64,000 nucleotides of DNA from Mobula hypostoma (Eukaryota), in NCBI RefSeq assembly GCF_963921235.1, contig NC_086097.1, positions 115,074,001-115,138,000 on the forward strand, read 5' to 3'. Every line of letters begins with the position of its first letter. The first letter of the stretch is position 1. The position numbers and the translations under genes were made by a program. The notes below the pieces were generated by a model. The model had not been told where the DNA came from. It did not search any database and saw only the letters and a list, made by a program, of their open reading frames with translations. Shown here one piece after another: positions 26,471 to 37,272 of the stretch.

Positions 26471-28084
26471 AGATTTTTGATTAATGGATAATGTCAGCTC
26501 AGCATTGATGGTGGAATACTGAATTTCCACTGTAGTTTTCAGAGATTGAGGGATTTCTGCCAGTGCTGAAGCCAGTCATCAGATGCTGCATAGTTGTAGT
26601 TTCTGCCAGTGGTGTAATGGCTCCTAGTGCCATTTTGGGAGAGGATGGATTCTGGGCTTCTCTGGAGCAGATTTGTTATCAACATCACATTAAAAGACTA
26701 GGCAACTGAGCACCCCAATCCCTGGTTGCTAATTACTCTTGTTCAATGTCTCGTTGTGGACAAATGCTTCCTCTAAGGGTATCTGAGTTAGTGGCTTCAA
26801 CAAATTTGCTTGAATGACGCAGAAGAAGACTATTCAGCCCAGCAAGTCGATGCCAGATTCCAGCAGAGCAATCACAGTTCTGTTATTGTCCTCTAGTCGT
26901 GCAACATCTTTTTTTCTCAACATCTATGAACTCCATTCTCCTCTCCTTTCAGATTCCTTCTCATTCCTTATGTTTTCCACTGATCACCTCCTAGCTTCTC
27001 ACTTCACACCCCTCCCTCACTCACCCACCTACCTCTCACCTGGCTTCACCTATCACCTGTCGGCTTGTACTCCTTCCCCTCACTCCCCTTTCTTTCCAGT
27101 CCTAATGAAGGATCTCAGGCCAAAATGCTCCACAGATGCAGCCTGACCTGTTGAGGTCTTTCATGTGTGTTGATCTAGATTTCCAACGTCTGTAGAATCT
27201 CTTGTGTTTATAATTTATTTTTTCATTCTTTGTCACTTAGGTACAACAATGGGTAATTAATAGTCACTGGTTTTCTTAGCAGTATTTAATGTTATCTGGT
27301 AGTTGGCTCGGGGGCAGGTGGAGGACAAGTCTGGGGCAACAAGAAATCTGACTGAATGTTTTTAGATCAATGGACTTTTATCAGAATCGGGTAAAGCTTG
27401 AGGTAATCAGATTTTAAGATGCAGGCAAGAGAGAAAGAGGCAGAAAGAACCAGTGGAAACATTTGTATTAAGGAGGAAGACAACAAGGGATGGGTAGATT
27501 TTCCAGTGCCCAGAAGCGGTTGTGCATCTGTCGGGGTTTGGTGGGACTCAAGTGCAGAACAATGAATACTTTTTCACCAGGATTTATTAGAGAGCACAAA
27601 GGCATCAGTCTTTCAAAAACAGAAGGCAGGCACGAATCTGAAATGGCAGGCAGAGGTCTTCACCAGGAAAGGCAGTCAGGCGAGGGCAGACAATCCAGAG
27701 CGCACGGGCAAAAATCAGGTCCAAGAACGGGCAAAATCCAAAACACAGAATCAGGCAAAATCGGTTGGCAGAAGTCACAATGACAGGCTAGAACGACACA
27801 GGTCAGAACTGGGATGAACTGGTAGAGAATGCGAGTCAAGGCAGGGTTTAAGTGGACAGGGTAATGAGTGAAAATTAGAAACAGGTGGATGCAAATGAGG
27901 AGACAAGAAGGTAATTGGAGGAAGTCCAAAAAAGGAAAGGGGCTGGGCCAGAACCCACATGGCCAGGTGAAAGAAAACAGAAATTAAAGACTGTCGTGAT
28001 CCAGAGCTACCAGCAGAGGCCCTTCGACCCAGTGTTCAGGCCGGATCTTTAACAGTACCTACCCCCCGCCTCCCCCACTGGCTT

Positions 28085-31000
28085 CTCCAGACACCCTTCT
28101 TGCTGATATGGGATGGCTCCTATGAAAGTCCTTAATGAGAGAGGGATCCAGGATATCTCAAGCAGGAACCCAATACCTCTCTTCGGGGCCATAGCCCTGC
28201 CAATCAATGAGGTATTGTAGTCCACGACCTCTGCGTCGAACATCCAGTAATCGGCGCACAGTGGACGTCTCCGAGCAATCGATGAGATGGGGAGGGGGAG
28301 GGGGCTTGGGGGTGGGACAGAGGGGGCTGCAGACAAAGGGCTTAATCCTTGAAACATGGAATGTTGGATGGATTCTGCAAAGGGTAGGAGGTAGTTTTAG
28401 ATGTACCACCGAAGGGCTGATCACCTTGGTGATGAGGAAAGGTCCAATGTAGCGTGGCGCCAGCTTGCAGGAGTCCACCTTCAAGGGGACGTCACGAGAA
28501 AATAACCACACCTTCTGACCCTGGCGGTAACGGGGGGCCTCAATGTGGTGACGGCCTGCTTGCTGCTTCATTCTGGCTATAGATTGAAGCAGCATCTTTC
28601 GGGCTCGTCTCCAGGTCCATGAACACCACTGGACAAATGCTTCGGCTGAGGGAACGCCCACTTCTTCCTCCTGAGACGCGAATAAGGGGAGTTGATAGCC
28701 AAGACAGCACTGGTATGGTGATAAACCTGATGAAGTAGAAGGCAAAGGATTAATGGTGTACTCGACCCAGAGAAGTTGCTGACTCCAAGAGGATGATTCC
28801 TGAGACGTCACACAATGGAGCATCACCTCCATCTACTGATTAGCCCGCTCAGTCTGGCCATTACACTGTGGATGAATCCCAGATGAGAGGTTAACCCTGA
28901 TCCCGAGTAGTTTGCAAAAGGCCCTCCAAAAGTGGAAGGTAAATTGTGAACCTCTATCAGATACCACTTCAACGGGGAGACCATGAATGTGGAAAACATA
29001 CTGAATCACCTGGTTGGCAGTCTTCTTGGCAGAGGGCAGCTTGGGAAGGGGAACTAAGTGGACCAATTTGGAAAAACGATCCACTATGGTAAGAACGGTA
29101 GTGTTACCGTCAGATGGAGGGAGTCTGGTGACCAAGTCCAGTGCAATATGTGACCAGGGCCTTCTAGGAACAGGCAGGGGTTGCAGGAGACCAGCTGGTG
29201 GCTGGCTGGAGGTCTTGTTCTGTGCACAGACTGGGCAGGCAGAAATGAAGCTCTCAACATCCTTCTTCAGGGATGGCCACCAAAATCTTCAACTGATGAA
29301 AGCCGATGTGCGTCTGATGCCAGGGTGACTTGCCAGTCTGGACGTGTGTCCCCACTGGAGAACCTGGGAGCGGACAGACTTGGGAACATACAATAGATTA
29401 GCAGGGTAGGCACTAGGACCACACTCACCCTGCTGGGCAGACTGGACCACAGATTCAATCTCCCACTGTGTTGCGGCAACCAGACATTGCTTGGGGAGAA
29501 TGGTCGTAACCTTGGGCACCTCGTCGGTTGTTGGAAACTGCCTGGAGAGCGCGTCAGGCTTGCCATTCTTAGAGCCAGGACCATAGGCCAGGGTGAATCT
29601 AAAACAGGCAAGAAACAGGGACCACCGAGCCTAGTGGGAGTTGAGGCGTTTGGCTGAACGGATATATTCCAGGTTCTTGTGATCCGTCCAGACTAGAAAA
29701 GGAGTAGTCGTTCCCTCAAGCCAATGCCGCCATTCCTCAAAAGCAAGTTTAACAGCCAATAGCTCTCGATTGCCGATGTCATAGTTGCGTTCTGTGGGTG
29801 AAAATTTGTGGGAAAAAAAGGCGCACGGGTGTAGCTTGTCGTCCTCTGCTGAACGCTGTGACAGTATAGCCCCTACTCCTACATCAGAGGTGTCAGTCTC
29901 TACAATAAACTACCTTGTAGGATCGGGCTGAAGGAGGATAGGTGCAGTGGTGAAACGAGTCTTTACATCAGAAAAGGCTTTCTCAGCTGCTGGATTCCAG
30001 GCGAACTTCGACTTGGAGGAGGTTAGAGCAGTCAGCGGGACGGCCAGGATGCTGAAATTTCGAATGAATCGGCGATAGAAGTTGGCAAACCCAAGAAAGT
30101 GTTGGACATCTTGTCGAGAGGCGGGTTGTGGCCACTCCTCTACCACCTTGATCTTCTGAGGGTCCATCTGGATTCCTCCAGCGCTGATCACATATCCCAG
30201 AAACGAAGTTGAACTCCGGTGAAATTCACACTTTTCTGCCTTCATAAATAACTGATTTTCCAAGAGTCGTTGGAGCACCCGACGGACGTGCTGGATGTGT
30301 TCAGAGAGGGACCTAGAAAATATCAGAATGTCATCTAAGTACACAAATACAAATTGATTCAACATGTCTCTGAGGACATCATTCACCAGGGACTGGAACA
30401 CAGCAGGACCATTAGAAAGTCCGAAAGGCATTACAGATATTTGTAGTGCCCAGATGGCTTATTGAACGCAGTCTTCCACTCACCCCCCTCTCTTATGCAG
30501 ACCAGATGGTAAGCGTTGCGGAGGTCGAGCTTGGAGAAGATAGAAGCACCCTGGAGCAATTCAAATGCAGATGACATAAGAGGAAGAGGATAACGCTTCT
30601 TAATGGTGACCTCATTGAGACCGCTATAGTCCACTCAAGGACACAGGTACCTGTCCTTCTTAGCTACAAAGAAGAACCCTGCGCCTGTGGGGAGGAAGAG
30701 GGACGGATAATTCTTGCTGCCAAGGCCTCCTGGATATATTCGTCCATCGCTTCCCTTTCAGGTGGAGACAGGGAATACAGATGACCCCTCGGTGGCGAGG
30801 TTCCCAGAAGGAGATCTATAGCACAGTCATAGGGGCCATGTGGGGGTAAGGTGGTGGCCTGAGTTTTGCCGAATAGCAGCTTGAGGTCCAGATATTCAGG
30901 GGGTACAGAGGACAGATCGGGAAACTCTTCTGTAGGCAGAAGAACCGGACTTTGAGTAGCATGAGCAACGTGCAGACAATGATTTAGGCAGAAAGGACTC

Positions 31001-31400
31001 TAGCTTAACACTCTGTTATTAGACCAATCAATGTGTGGACCGTGCTGAGCTAGCCATGGGTGGCCTAACACAACATCAGCTTTGGGGGAATCTATTACAT
31101 GGAAAGCAATGCTCTCCTGGTGATTGCCAGAAATGAGGAGACTCACCGGAGCTGTAGAGTGGGTAACCATGGCAAGTTTCACTCCGGTTAAGCTGCTGGC
31201 CCCCAGGGGTTGCTTCAGACGGGAGAGTTGCATCCCAAGATTGGCCGGAAAACTGGAACTGATAAAATTTCCCTCAGCCCCAGAGTTGATAAAAACTGAA
31301 ACGGCGCGTCTCCTCCCTTCAGCCGGTATAAAAGCAGGTAGCAGGGTTCGAGTGACGGAGAACTGGGGGAAGGAAGTACTGCTCACCCGTAGTCCCCTCT
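28085..31400 (-). pseudogene. pol: Sushi-type pol (protease, RT, RNaseH, integrase, chromodomain), disrupted
   Basis: VFINSGAEGNF (PR), [16 protein letters not shown] and YLDD (RT), VVSDRGSQF and PQCNGQTER (IN), LAPRYIGPF (GPY/F module), [17 protein letters not shown] (chromodomain). It contains multiple stops and frameshifts. Confidence 0.92.
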
Positions 31401-32387
31401 TTACAAGCGAGCATTGGCTTTTACGGGACAGGTAGATACATAGTGACCAGCCTGACCACAATACAGACAGGAGTTGGTACTGAGTCTCCTCCTTCTTTCC
31501 GAAGGAGACAGACGGGTACGATCAATCTGCATGAGTTCCGTTGGGCTGGATGGGGGTGACTGAGGACTCAGGGAAGGAGATCTGGGTGCTGGCTGGGAAG
31601 AGGTCAGACGCCCCGTGGTGGTTCTTTGTGACCCCCGGACATCACGCTCCTGCTGACGCTGTTTTACGCGGCTGTCAATCTTAATGGCCAAATCGAACAG
31701 CTCTTGGAAGCCAGCAGGCAGGTCACGGGTGGCTAGTTCATCCTTAACCTCCTCGCTAAGTGCATAGAGGAACACGTCCGATTGGGCCACTGAATTCCAG
31801 TTGCTAGTGGCGACTAGTGTGCGGAACTGAATGGCGTAGTCCAAAACAGAACGGTTACCCTGACGAACTCGCAACATCTCCCTTGCTGCCTCTCGCCCCT
31901 GCTGGGAACGGTCAAAGACTCTTCTCATCTCCTCACAAAAGTCCTTAAACGTGTGGCATAAAGGGGCTCTGCTGTCCCACACAGCCGTACCCCACTCTCT
32001 TGCTCTTCCTGACAGCAGCGTGATAACACAAGCAATACCGGATCGATCTGTGGGAAAGGTAGTGGGCTGCAGCTCAAAAATCAGCGAGCATTGAGACAGG
32101 AAGGATCTGCAGGTGCCTGGTTCACCATTGTAAAGTTCAGGTGGAGGTAAACGGAGCTCTTGGGCTGGTTGGGTTGGAGTCTGTGGGACTGATGGTGCAG
32201 CAAGACAAGACGGGTTAGAGCTCAGTGCCAGCTGAATCTGCTGTAGCTGGGAGGCCATGCTGGTCAGAGTGGCAGAGAAGGCTTCCATTGACTGATTGAT
32301 AGAGGCGAACTGCGTTTCATGTCTCCCTAAAAACACACCCTGTCGGGAGAGGGCCTCACGCACCTGGCTGGGGTCCGCTGAGTCCAT
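31401..32387 (-). CDS. gag: Sushi-type Gag with CCHC zinc knuckle
   Basis: MDSADP..PELYNGEPGTCRSFLSQC..ITLLSGRAREWGTA..CLYCGQAGHYVSTC. The ATG at 32387 lies just inside the 5' LTR/PBS. Confidence 0.9.
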   Translation of the reverse strand: MDSADPSQVREALSRQGVFLGRHETQFASINQSMEAFSATLTSMASQLQQIQLALSSNPSCLAAPSVPQTPTQPAQELRLPPPELYNGEPGTCRSFLSQCSLIFELQPTTFPTDRSGIACVITLLSGRAREWGTAVWDSRAPLCHTFKDFCEEMRRVFDRSQQGREAAREMLRVRQGNRSVLDYAIQFRTLVATSNWNSVAQSDVFLYALSEEVKDELATRDLPAGFQELFDLAIKIDSRVKQRQQERDVRGSQRTTTGRLTSSQPAPRSPSLSPQSPPSSPTELMQIDRTRLSPSERRRRLSTNSCLYCGQAGHYVSTCPVKANARL

Positions 32388-33289
32388 CTTGGCCAGTTCG
32401 TTCTGTTGGGTTTCGGTGGGACTCAAGTGCAGACCAACGAAGACTTTTTCACCAGGATTTATTAGGGAGCACAAAGGCAACAGTCTTTCAAAAACAGAAG
32501 GCAGGCACGAATCCGAAATGGCAGGCAGAGGTCTTACCAAGAAAGGCAGTCAGGCGAGGGCAGACAATCCAGAGCGCACAATCAAAAATCAGGTCCAAGA
32601 ACGGGCAAAATCCAAAACACAGAATCAGGCAAAATTGGTTGGCAGAAGTCGCAACGACAGGCTAGAACGACACAGATCAGAACTGGGATGAACTGGCAGA
32701 GAACGCTAGTCAAGGCGGGGTTTAAATGGACAGGGTAATGAGTGAAAATTAGGAACAGGTGAGTGCAAATGAGGAGACAAGCAGGTAATTGGAGGAAGTC
32801 CAAAAAGGAAAGGGGCTGGGCCAGAACCCACATGGCCAAGTGAAAGAAAACAGAAATTAAAGACTGTCGTGATCCAGAGCTACCAGCAGAGGCCCTTCGA
32901 CCCAGTGTTCAGGCCGGATCTTTAACAGCATCAGCCTCAGCTCATGATATGTATTAGCAGATTGCACTTATGATGTGGGCAGGAAGCAAAACATCCAGGG
33001 TTATGTATAATAGAGAACATGCACACTCTACACCAACAGAGCTGTGGGTCAGGATCAAACCTGTGTCCTCAGAGATGTGAGGCAACAGTGCTGACAACCA
33101 TCAGTGATCAGTCCGTTTCTAAAATATGCTGTGGCAATTCGCTAATTTTGCTGAGCCAATAAGAAAGGAATAAAAGACAAGTGTAATAAATTTCATGATT
33201 TTTGAAATAGCTGCTCATTTTCTGATATCTAGTAAATGAATAAATCATAGGAAGAGTCGATATTCTTACTTCGTAAATACGTCAGTATG

Positions 33290-33800
33290 ACGCCAGATTC
33301 AAGATGCAAGATTGTTTGTTGTCATTCTTTAGTGTACAATAGGCTGATTGTATATATATAAAGTGATATGTACATAAGGCAACTCTGACAGGAAATGATA
33401 AAATAGTGGTGGTGGAGTGAGATAATGGCTGAAGGTTTTGATCAGAGTGATGGCTTGGGAGAAGTGACTGTTTTCGTGTCTGGTAGTCCTGGTGTGGAAG
33501 TTCCGTAGCCTCCTCCCTGATAGTTGAGAGGCAAACAGTCCAGGAGCAGGGTGGGTGAGATCCTTCATGCTGTTCCTGGCCTTTTTCTGGCACATTTCTA
33601 TAGATATGCTCTTAATGTGGATAGGCTGGTGTCCATATTGGGCTGTTTTATCTACCCATTGAAGAGCCCTCCTGCCCACCACAGTGCAGTTTCCAGACCA
33701 CACAGTGATGCAGCATGTTAGGGAAGCTCCTAACTGCGCATCTGTAGAAGATTGTGAGTATTGATGCGCATTGTCCAGCTCTCTTCAGCCTTCTCCAAAA
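33290..33800 (-). mobile_element. Rex1/L2-like LINE 3' fragment
   Basis: Minus strand reads ILTIFYRCAV, ITVWSGNC, KDLTHPAPGLF..SGRRLR. Confidence 0.65.
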
Positions 33801-34194
33801 GTAGATATAAACTTGTGAGAATATGACAGACAAGAATTTAATTATCTTTATTTTCTTTTGTTCTTCTCACTAGTCTTACACTGCACTGCACTTATTTCAG
33901 TCAATCTTTTTATTGAGAGAAACTTTAATGAGAGTAGTAACAAGTTATGAACTTAAAATGAATAATGATGTACACTCTTGTTTTAAGGCAGATTTCTATG
34001 ACATTAACAATTGTTTCTTCAGAGGGTGTTAAAAATATCTCAAATACTATTTCCATCTTGAGGATGCTTTTCATGATAAAGAATGTGTTTGGTAATATTG
34101 AGAAGCATAAACTTCCCAAATGTGGCTATGAATGCTCACTGGCTAGTGAATACTAGCCTCAATTAGATTTACATTGGTAAACTACAATGACATG

Positions 34195-34392
34195 TGTACC
34201 ATATAGCCTACAGTATAATAAGGGACTACTTTATGTTTTAGTAACATATCGTTGAATGCACTATTAGGCGCGTATTGATCTGTACTTGTGTGCCGAGTTC
34301 GTTTTCTGCCAGTAAAGAACCATGAACCTTAGCTCTCTTCTCCAGCATTTTTATTAATAGCATTGCTGTGTAACCAGGCCACATACACAACA
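34195..34392 (+). repeat. 5' LTR of the SUDS3-carrying element
   Basis: Direct repeat of 37273-37522 with TG..CA ends. Confidence 0.92.
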
Positions 34393-34783
34393 AATTGGCA
34401 ATGAGGATAATGAACCTACATCGTATCGGAACGCCGTGTTTTAATTGATAACGACACTTGGAAGAAGAGCGCAAGGAACAAGCCAAGGAGCGGGAGAAGG
34501 AGGCAGAGCGAGGCAGTGAGTCTGAAAGGAAGCGGGAGCACAGCCAGGGTCAGGAATGTCGGGAGACTAAGATACAAATTCGGAGCCGCAGCACGTCTAG
34601 CCAAGACCACAGCCGGCGCTGACCCCAAGGGACTGAGGGTCTGCCTGCCTCAAAAGGGAGATAAAAAGGAGCGACACACACACAATCTAGACGGAGTGTG
34701 CTCGTGGCGCTAGCAAAAAGGACACAGAGTCAAAAAGGAAAATAGGGGGAAAGCGGGGCTAAATTAACATAACAAAGAAGGCG

Positions 34784-35731
34784 ATGATTGGAACCATTAC
34801 AGCATTTGATAGTGGCATTGAAGACTGGGCAACTTACATTGAAAGAGTGGAGTTATATTGTGAGGCTAGCGGTGTTAAGGATGAAAAGAAAGCCAGCGCC
34901 TTACTCAGTATTTTGGGAGCGAAAACATACGGGCTGCTATGGAGCTTGTTAACCCCTGAAAAGCCAGCTGACAAAACATTCATGCAAATAGCAGACACTC
35001 TCCAACAGTATTTAAACCCCAAACCACTGGTCATTGCTGAAAGATTTAAATTTCACAGACGGAATCAGAGCAAAAATGAAAGTATTTCTGAATATTGTGC
35101 TGAATTGCGCAAATTATCAGAACATTGTCAATTTGGAGCTGGTCTATCGGACACATTGAAGGACAGGTTAGTGTGTGGCATGCACTGTGAAACCACACAG
35201 AAGAAGCTCCTGGGTGAAAAAGACCTTACACTAGAGAAGGCGCTGAACATTGCAATATCAACGGAAACAGCAGCACAGGGTGCTTCAGAAATACAACAAA
35301 AATCTCTGGAATATGCTATGAATAAAATGTCACTGAACAGAAATGAAGGAAAGAAATGTTACCGTTGTGGGAACACGTCACATGACCCGGAGGGTTGTTG
35401 GTTTAAATACAAAGAATGCAGAAACTGTGGCAAACAGGGCCACACTGGCAGATTATGCAAAACTAGTAAACAGCCGAAAAAGGACAAAATACAGAGAAAC
35501 AAGAAACCCTGGAAAGGAAAACACAACAATGTACACAAAATGGAAAAAAGCAGTTCTGATGAAAACGACTCAGACGAAAGTGAATTGTCTTGTCTGCAAC
35601 TTCACAGCATGAAAGAGACAGATGATCGAAGAGTAATAAGAATCACTCCACAAGTGGCAGGTGTGAGACTGAAAATGGAGTTGAACACAGGCTCAGCTTT
35701 AACAGTGATCCTTGTACACAACTACAAATGA
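34784..35731 (+). CDS. gag: Mag-like Gag (two CCHC-type knuckles) running into the protease N-terminus
   Basis: MIGTITAFDSGIEDWATYIERVELY..PKPLVIAERFKFHRRNQ..DRLVCG..CYRCGNTSHDPEGC..CRNCGKQGHTGRLC..LKMELNTGSALTVI. Confidence 0.9.
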   Translation: MIGTITAFDSGIEDWATYIERVELYCEASGVKDEKKASALLSILGAKTYGLLWSLLTPEKPADKTFMQIADTLQQYLNPKPLVIAERFKFHRRNQSKNESISEYCAELRKLSEHCQFGAGLSDTLKDRLVCGMHCETTQKKLLGEKDLTLEKALNIAISTETAAQGASEIQQKSLEYAMNKMSLNRNEGKKCYRCGNTSHDPEGCWFKYKECRNCGKQGHTGRLCKTSKQPKKDKIQRNKKPWKGKHNNVHKMEKSSSDENDSDESELSCLQLHSMKETDDRRVIRITPQVAGVRLKMELNTGSALTVILVHNYK

Positions 35732-35950
35732 CTGTTTTCTCACATACCTCTGAAACGAACTAAACTACTGCTAAAGACTTATACCGGACATAAATTGCAT
35801 CCCAAAGGTAAAATTAAAGTGACAGTGACCTACAGAGTCAAAACACAGCAGCTAAACCTCTATGTACTGAAAAATGGAGGACCACCATTGCTAGGATGAG
35901 AATAGCTCAGGAAAATCCAGTTGGATTGGCACACCATCAAGGCACTAGAT
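35640..35950 (+). pseudogene. Retropepsin protease remnant, in frame with gag and SUDS3
   Basis: MELNTGSALTVI (DTG changed to NTG)..[28 protein letters not shown], where LLG*E*L corresponds to the canonical LLGRDWL. Confidence 0.85.
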
Positions 35951-35983
35951 GTGTCGACAAAGGAGGGAAGCTCGACGGGGAAA

Positions 35984-36908
35984 ATGTCCGCAGCTCTCCT
36001 CTCACCCACTGTCGACTATTACAACGATGAGAAGGAGCAAGACAGCGTCAACAATGAGGACGAATGCAGTATCCGTGGCCGCAACTCGGATGAAGATACA
36101 GAGGACGCAAGGGAGATAGATATTGCCAATAAGCAGGATGATGAAGACTACCTGGAAGCAAAAGAGCAGATGTGCCAGGAGAAATTGACATCTTTCAAAA
36201 GACAGCTACAGCAGTTACAGGAAGGCACTTTGCAGGAGTATCAGAAAAGGATGAAGAAACTAGACCAACAATACAAGGAAAGAATACGAAATGCAGAGCT
36301 TTTACTGCAACTGGAGACAGAACAAGTGGAAAGGAATTATATTAAAGAGAAGAAAGCAGCAGTGAAGGAATTTGAAGATAAAAAGATTGAGTTAGAAGAA
36401 GAGAAAAAGATGATTGCGAATGAGAGGCTAACAATGGAACTCACAGGAGATTCTATGGAGGTAAAGCCAATAATGACTAGGAAACTAAGGAGGAGACCTA
36501 ATGACCCTGTTCCAATTACAGACAAAAGATGAAAACCTGCACTTGCGCAGTTATCTTACTTGTTAACAGATGAACAGATAACGGAAGATCTGCGAACTCT
36601 CAACAAGCTTAAATCTCCGAAAAGACCAGAATCTCCATCTTCTCCTGAGCATCTTCCCAGCACTCCTGCTGAATCACCAGAACAAAGATATGAAGCACGA
36701 ATAGAAGATGGAAAGTTATATTACAATAAGAGATGGTATCATAAAGGTCAGGCTATCTATTTGGAATCTAAGGAGAATACGAAGATTGGCTGTGTAATTA
36801 GCTCAGTTGGAACAAATAAGATATGGGTAAGGAAGACAAGTGATAACACAAAGATGCATATATCTCTAGGATAGCTGCTTCATTATACGGAGGCGATCTG
36901 CTGCCTAG
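35984..36908 (+). pseudogene. SUDS3: Intronless retrocopy of SUDS3 (Sin3 histone deacetylase corepressor complex component SDS3)
   Basis: I recognise [96 protein letters not shown] and the C-terminal FIIRRRSAA* as vertebrate SDS3. The copy runs from the start Met to the stop with no introns. It has stops at 36530 and 36872 and a small frameshifting deletion at about 36878. Confidence 0.96.
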
Positions 36909-37272
36909 AACTCTTAGCAAGCTGGAGGCGCACATCTTCTTAACTCCCTATGCTCAGAGGTCAACTTTACATGACATTTATATGGAAATCTGTATTAAAA
37001 CAAACAAGTTTATTGACAGACGTTATCCGGAGAGGCAGAGTAGACCCCCCCCCGCCCCCCGCAGAGACTTGAGTTATAAATGGGTCTTAGATCAAAAGGA
37101 AAAAAAGGCTTGTTATAATTTGATATTATTATGTTACTTTGTTATAATCTGATATTTTTAAGTTACTAAGTAAACAAATGGTAGGCATTTGTATGTTATT
37201 TGCATATTTGTTTAGCATAGTGCCCCAGTAAAACAAAACAGTTGATACACTATTAAAATAAAAGGGGAGGAG

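Larger units (their letters stand above)
27529..32927 (-). mobile_element. Full-length decayed Ty3/Gypsy chromovirus (Tf1/sushi group)
   Basis: Direct LTRs at 27529-28054 and 32404-32927 (TG..CA), 5-bp TSD GCATC at 27524-27528 and 32928-32932, and a PPT at about 28055-28077. Gag, PR, RT, RNaseH, IN and chromodomain lie in order on the minus strand. Confidence 0.95.

Noticed and set aside
32388..32540. N-terminal extension of sushi gag in the ORF track
   Set aside because: It lies within the 5' LTR/PBS and starts at a non-ATG codon. The plausible start is the ATG at 32387.
33925..34156. Short ORFs upstream of the SUDS3 element as possible host exons
   Set aside because: No recognisable homology and no convincing splice-site pair.
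35984..36908. SUDS3 as the functional host gene
   Set aside because: It is intronless, has premature stops and a frameshift near the C-terminus, and lies between LTRs.
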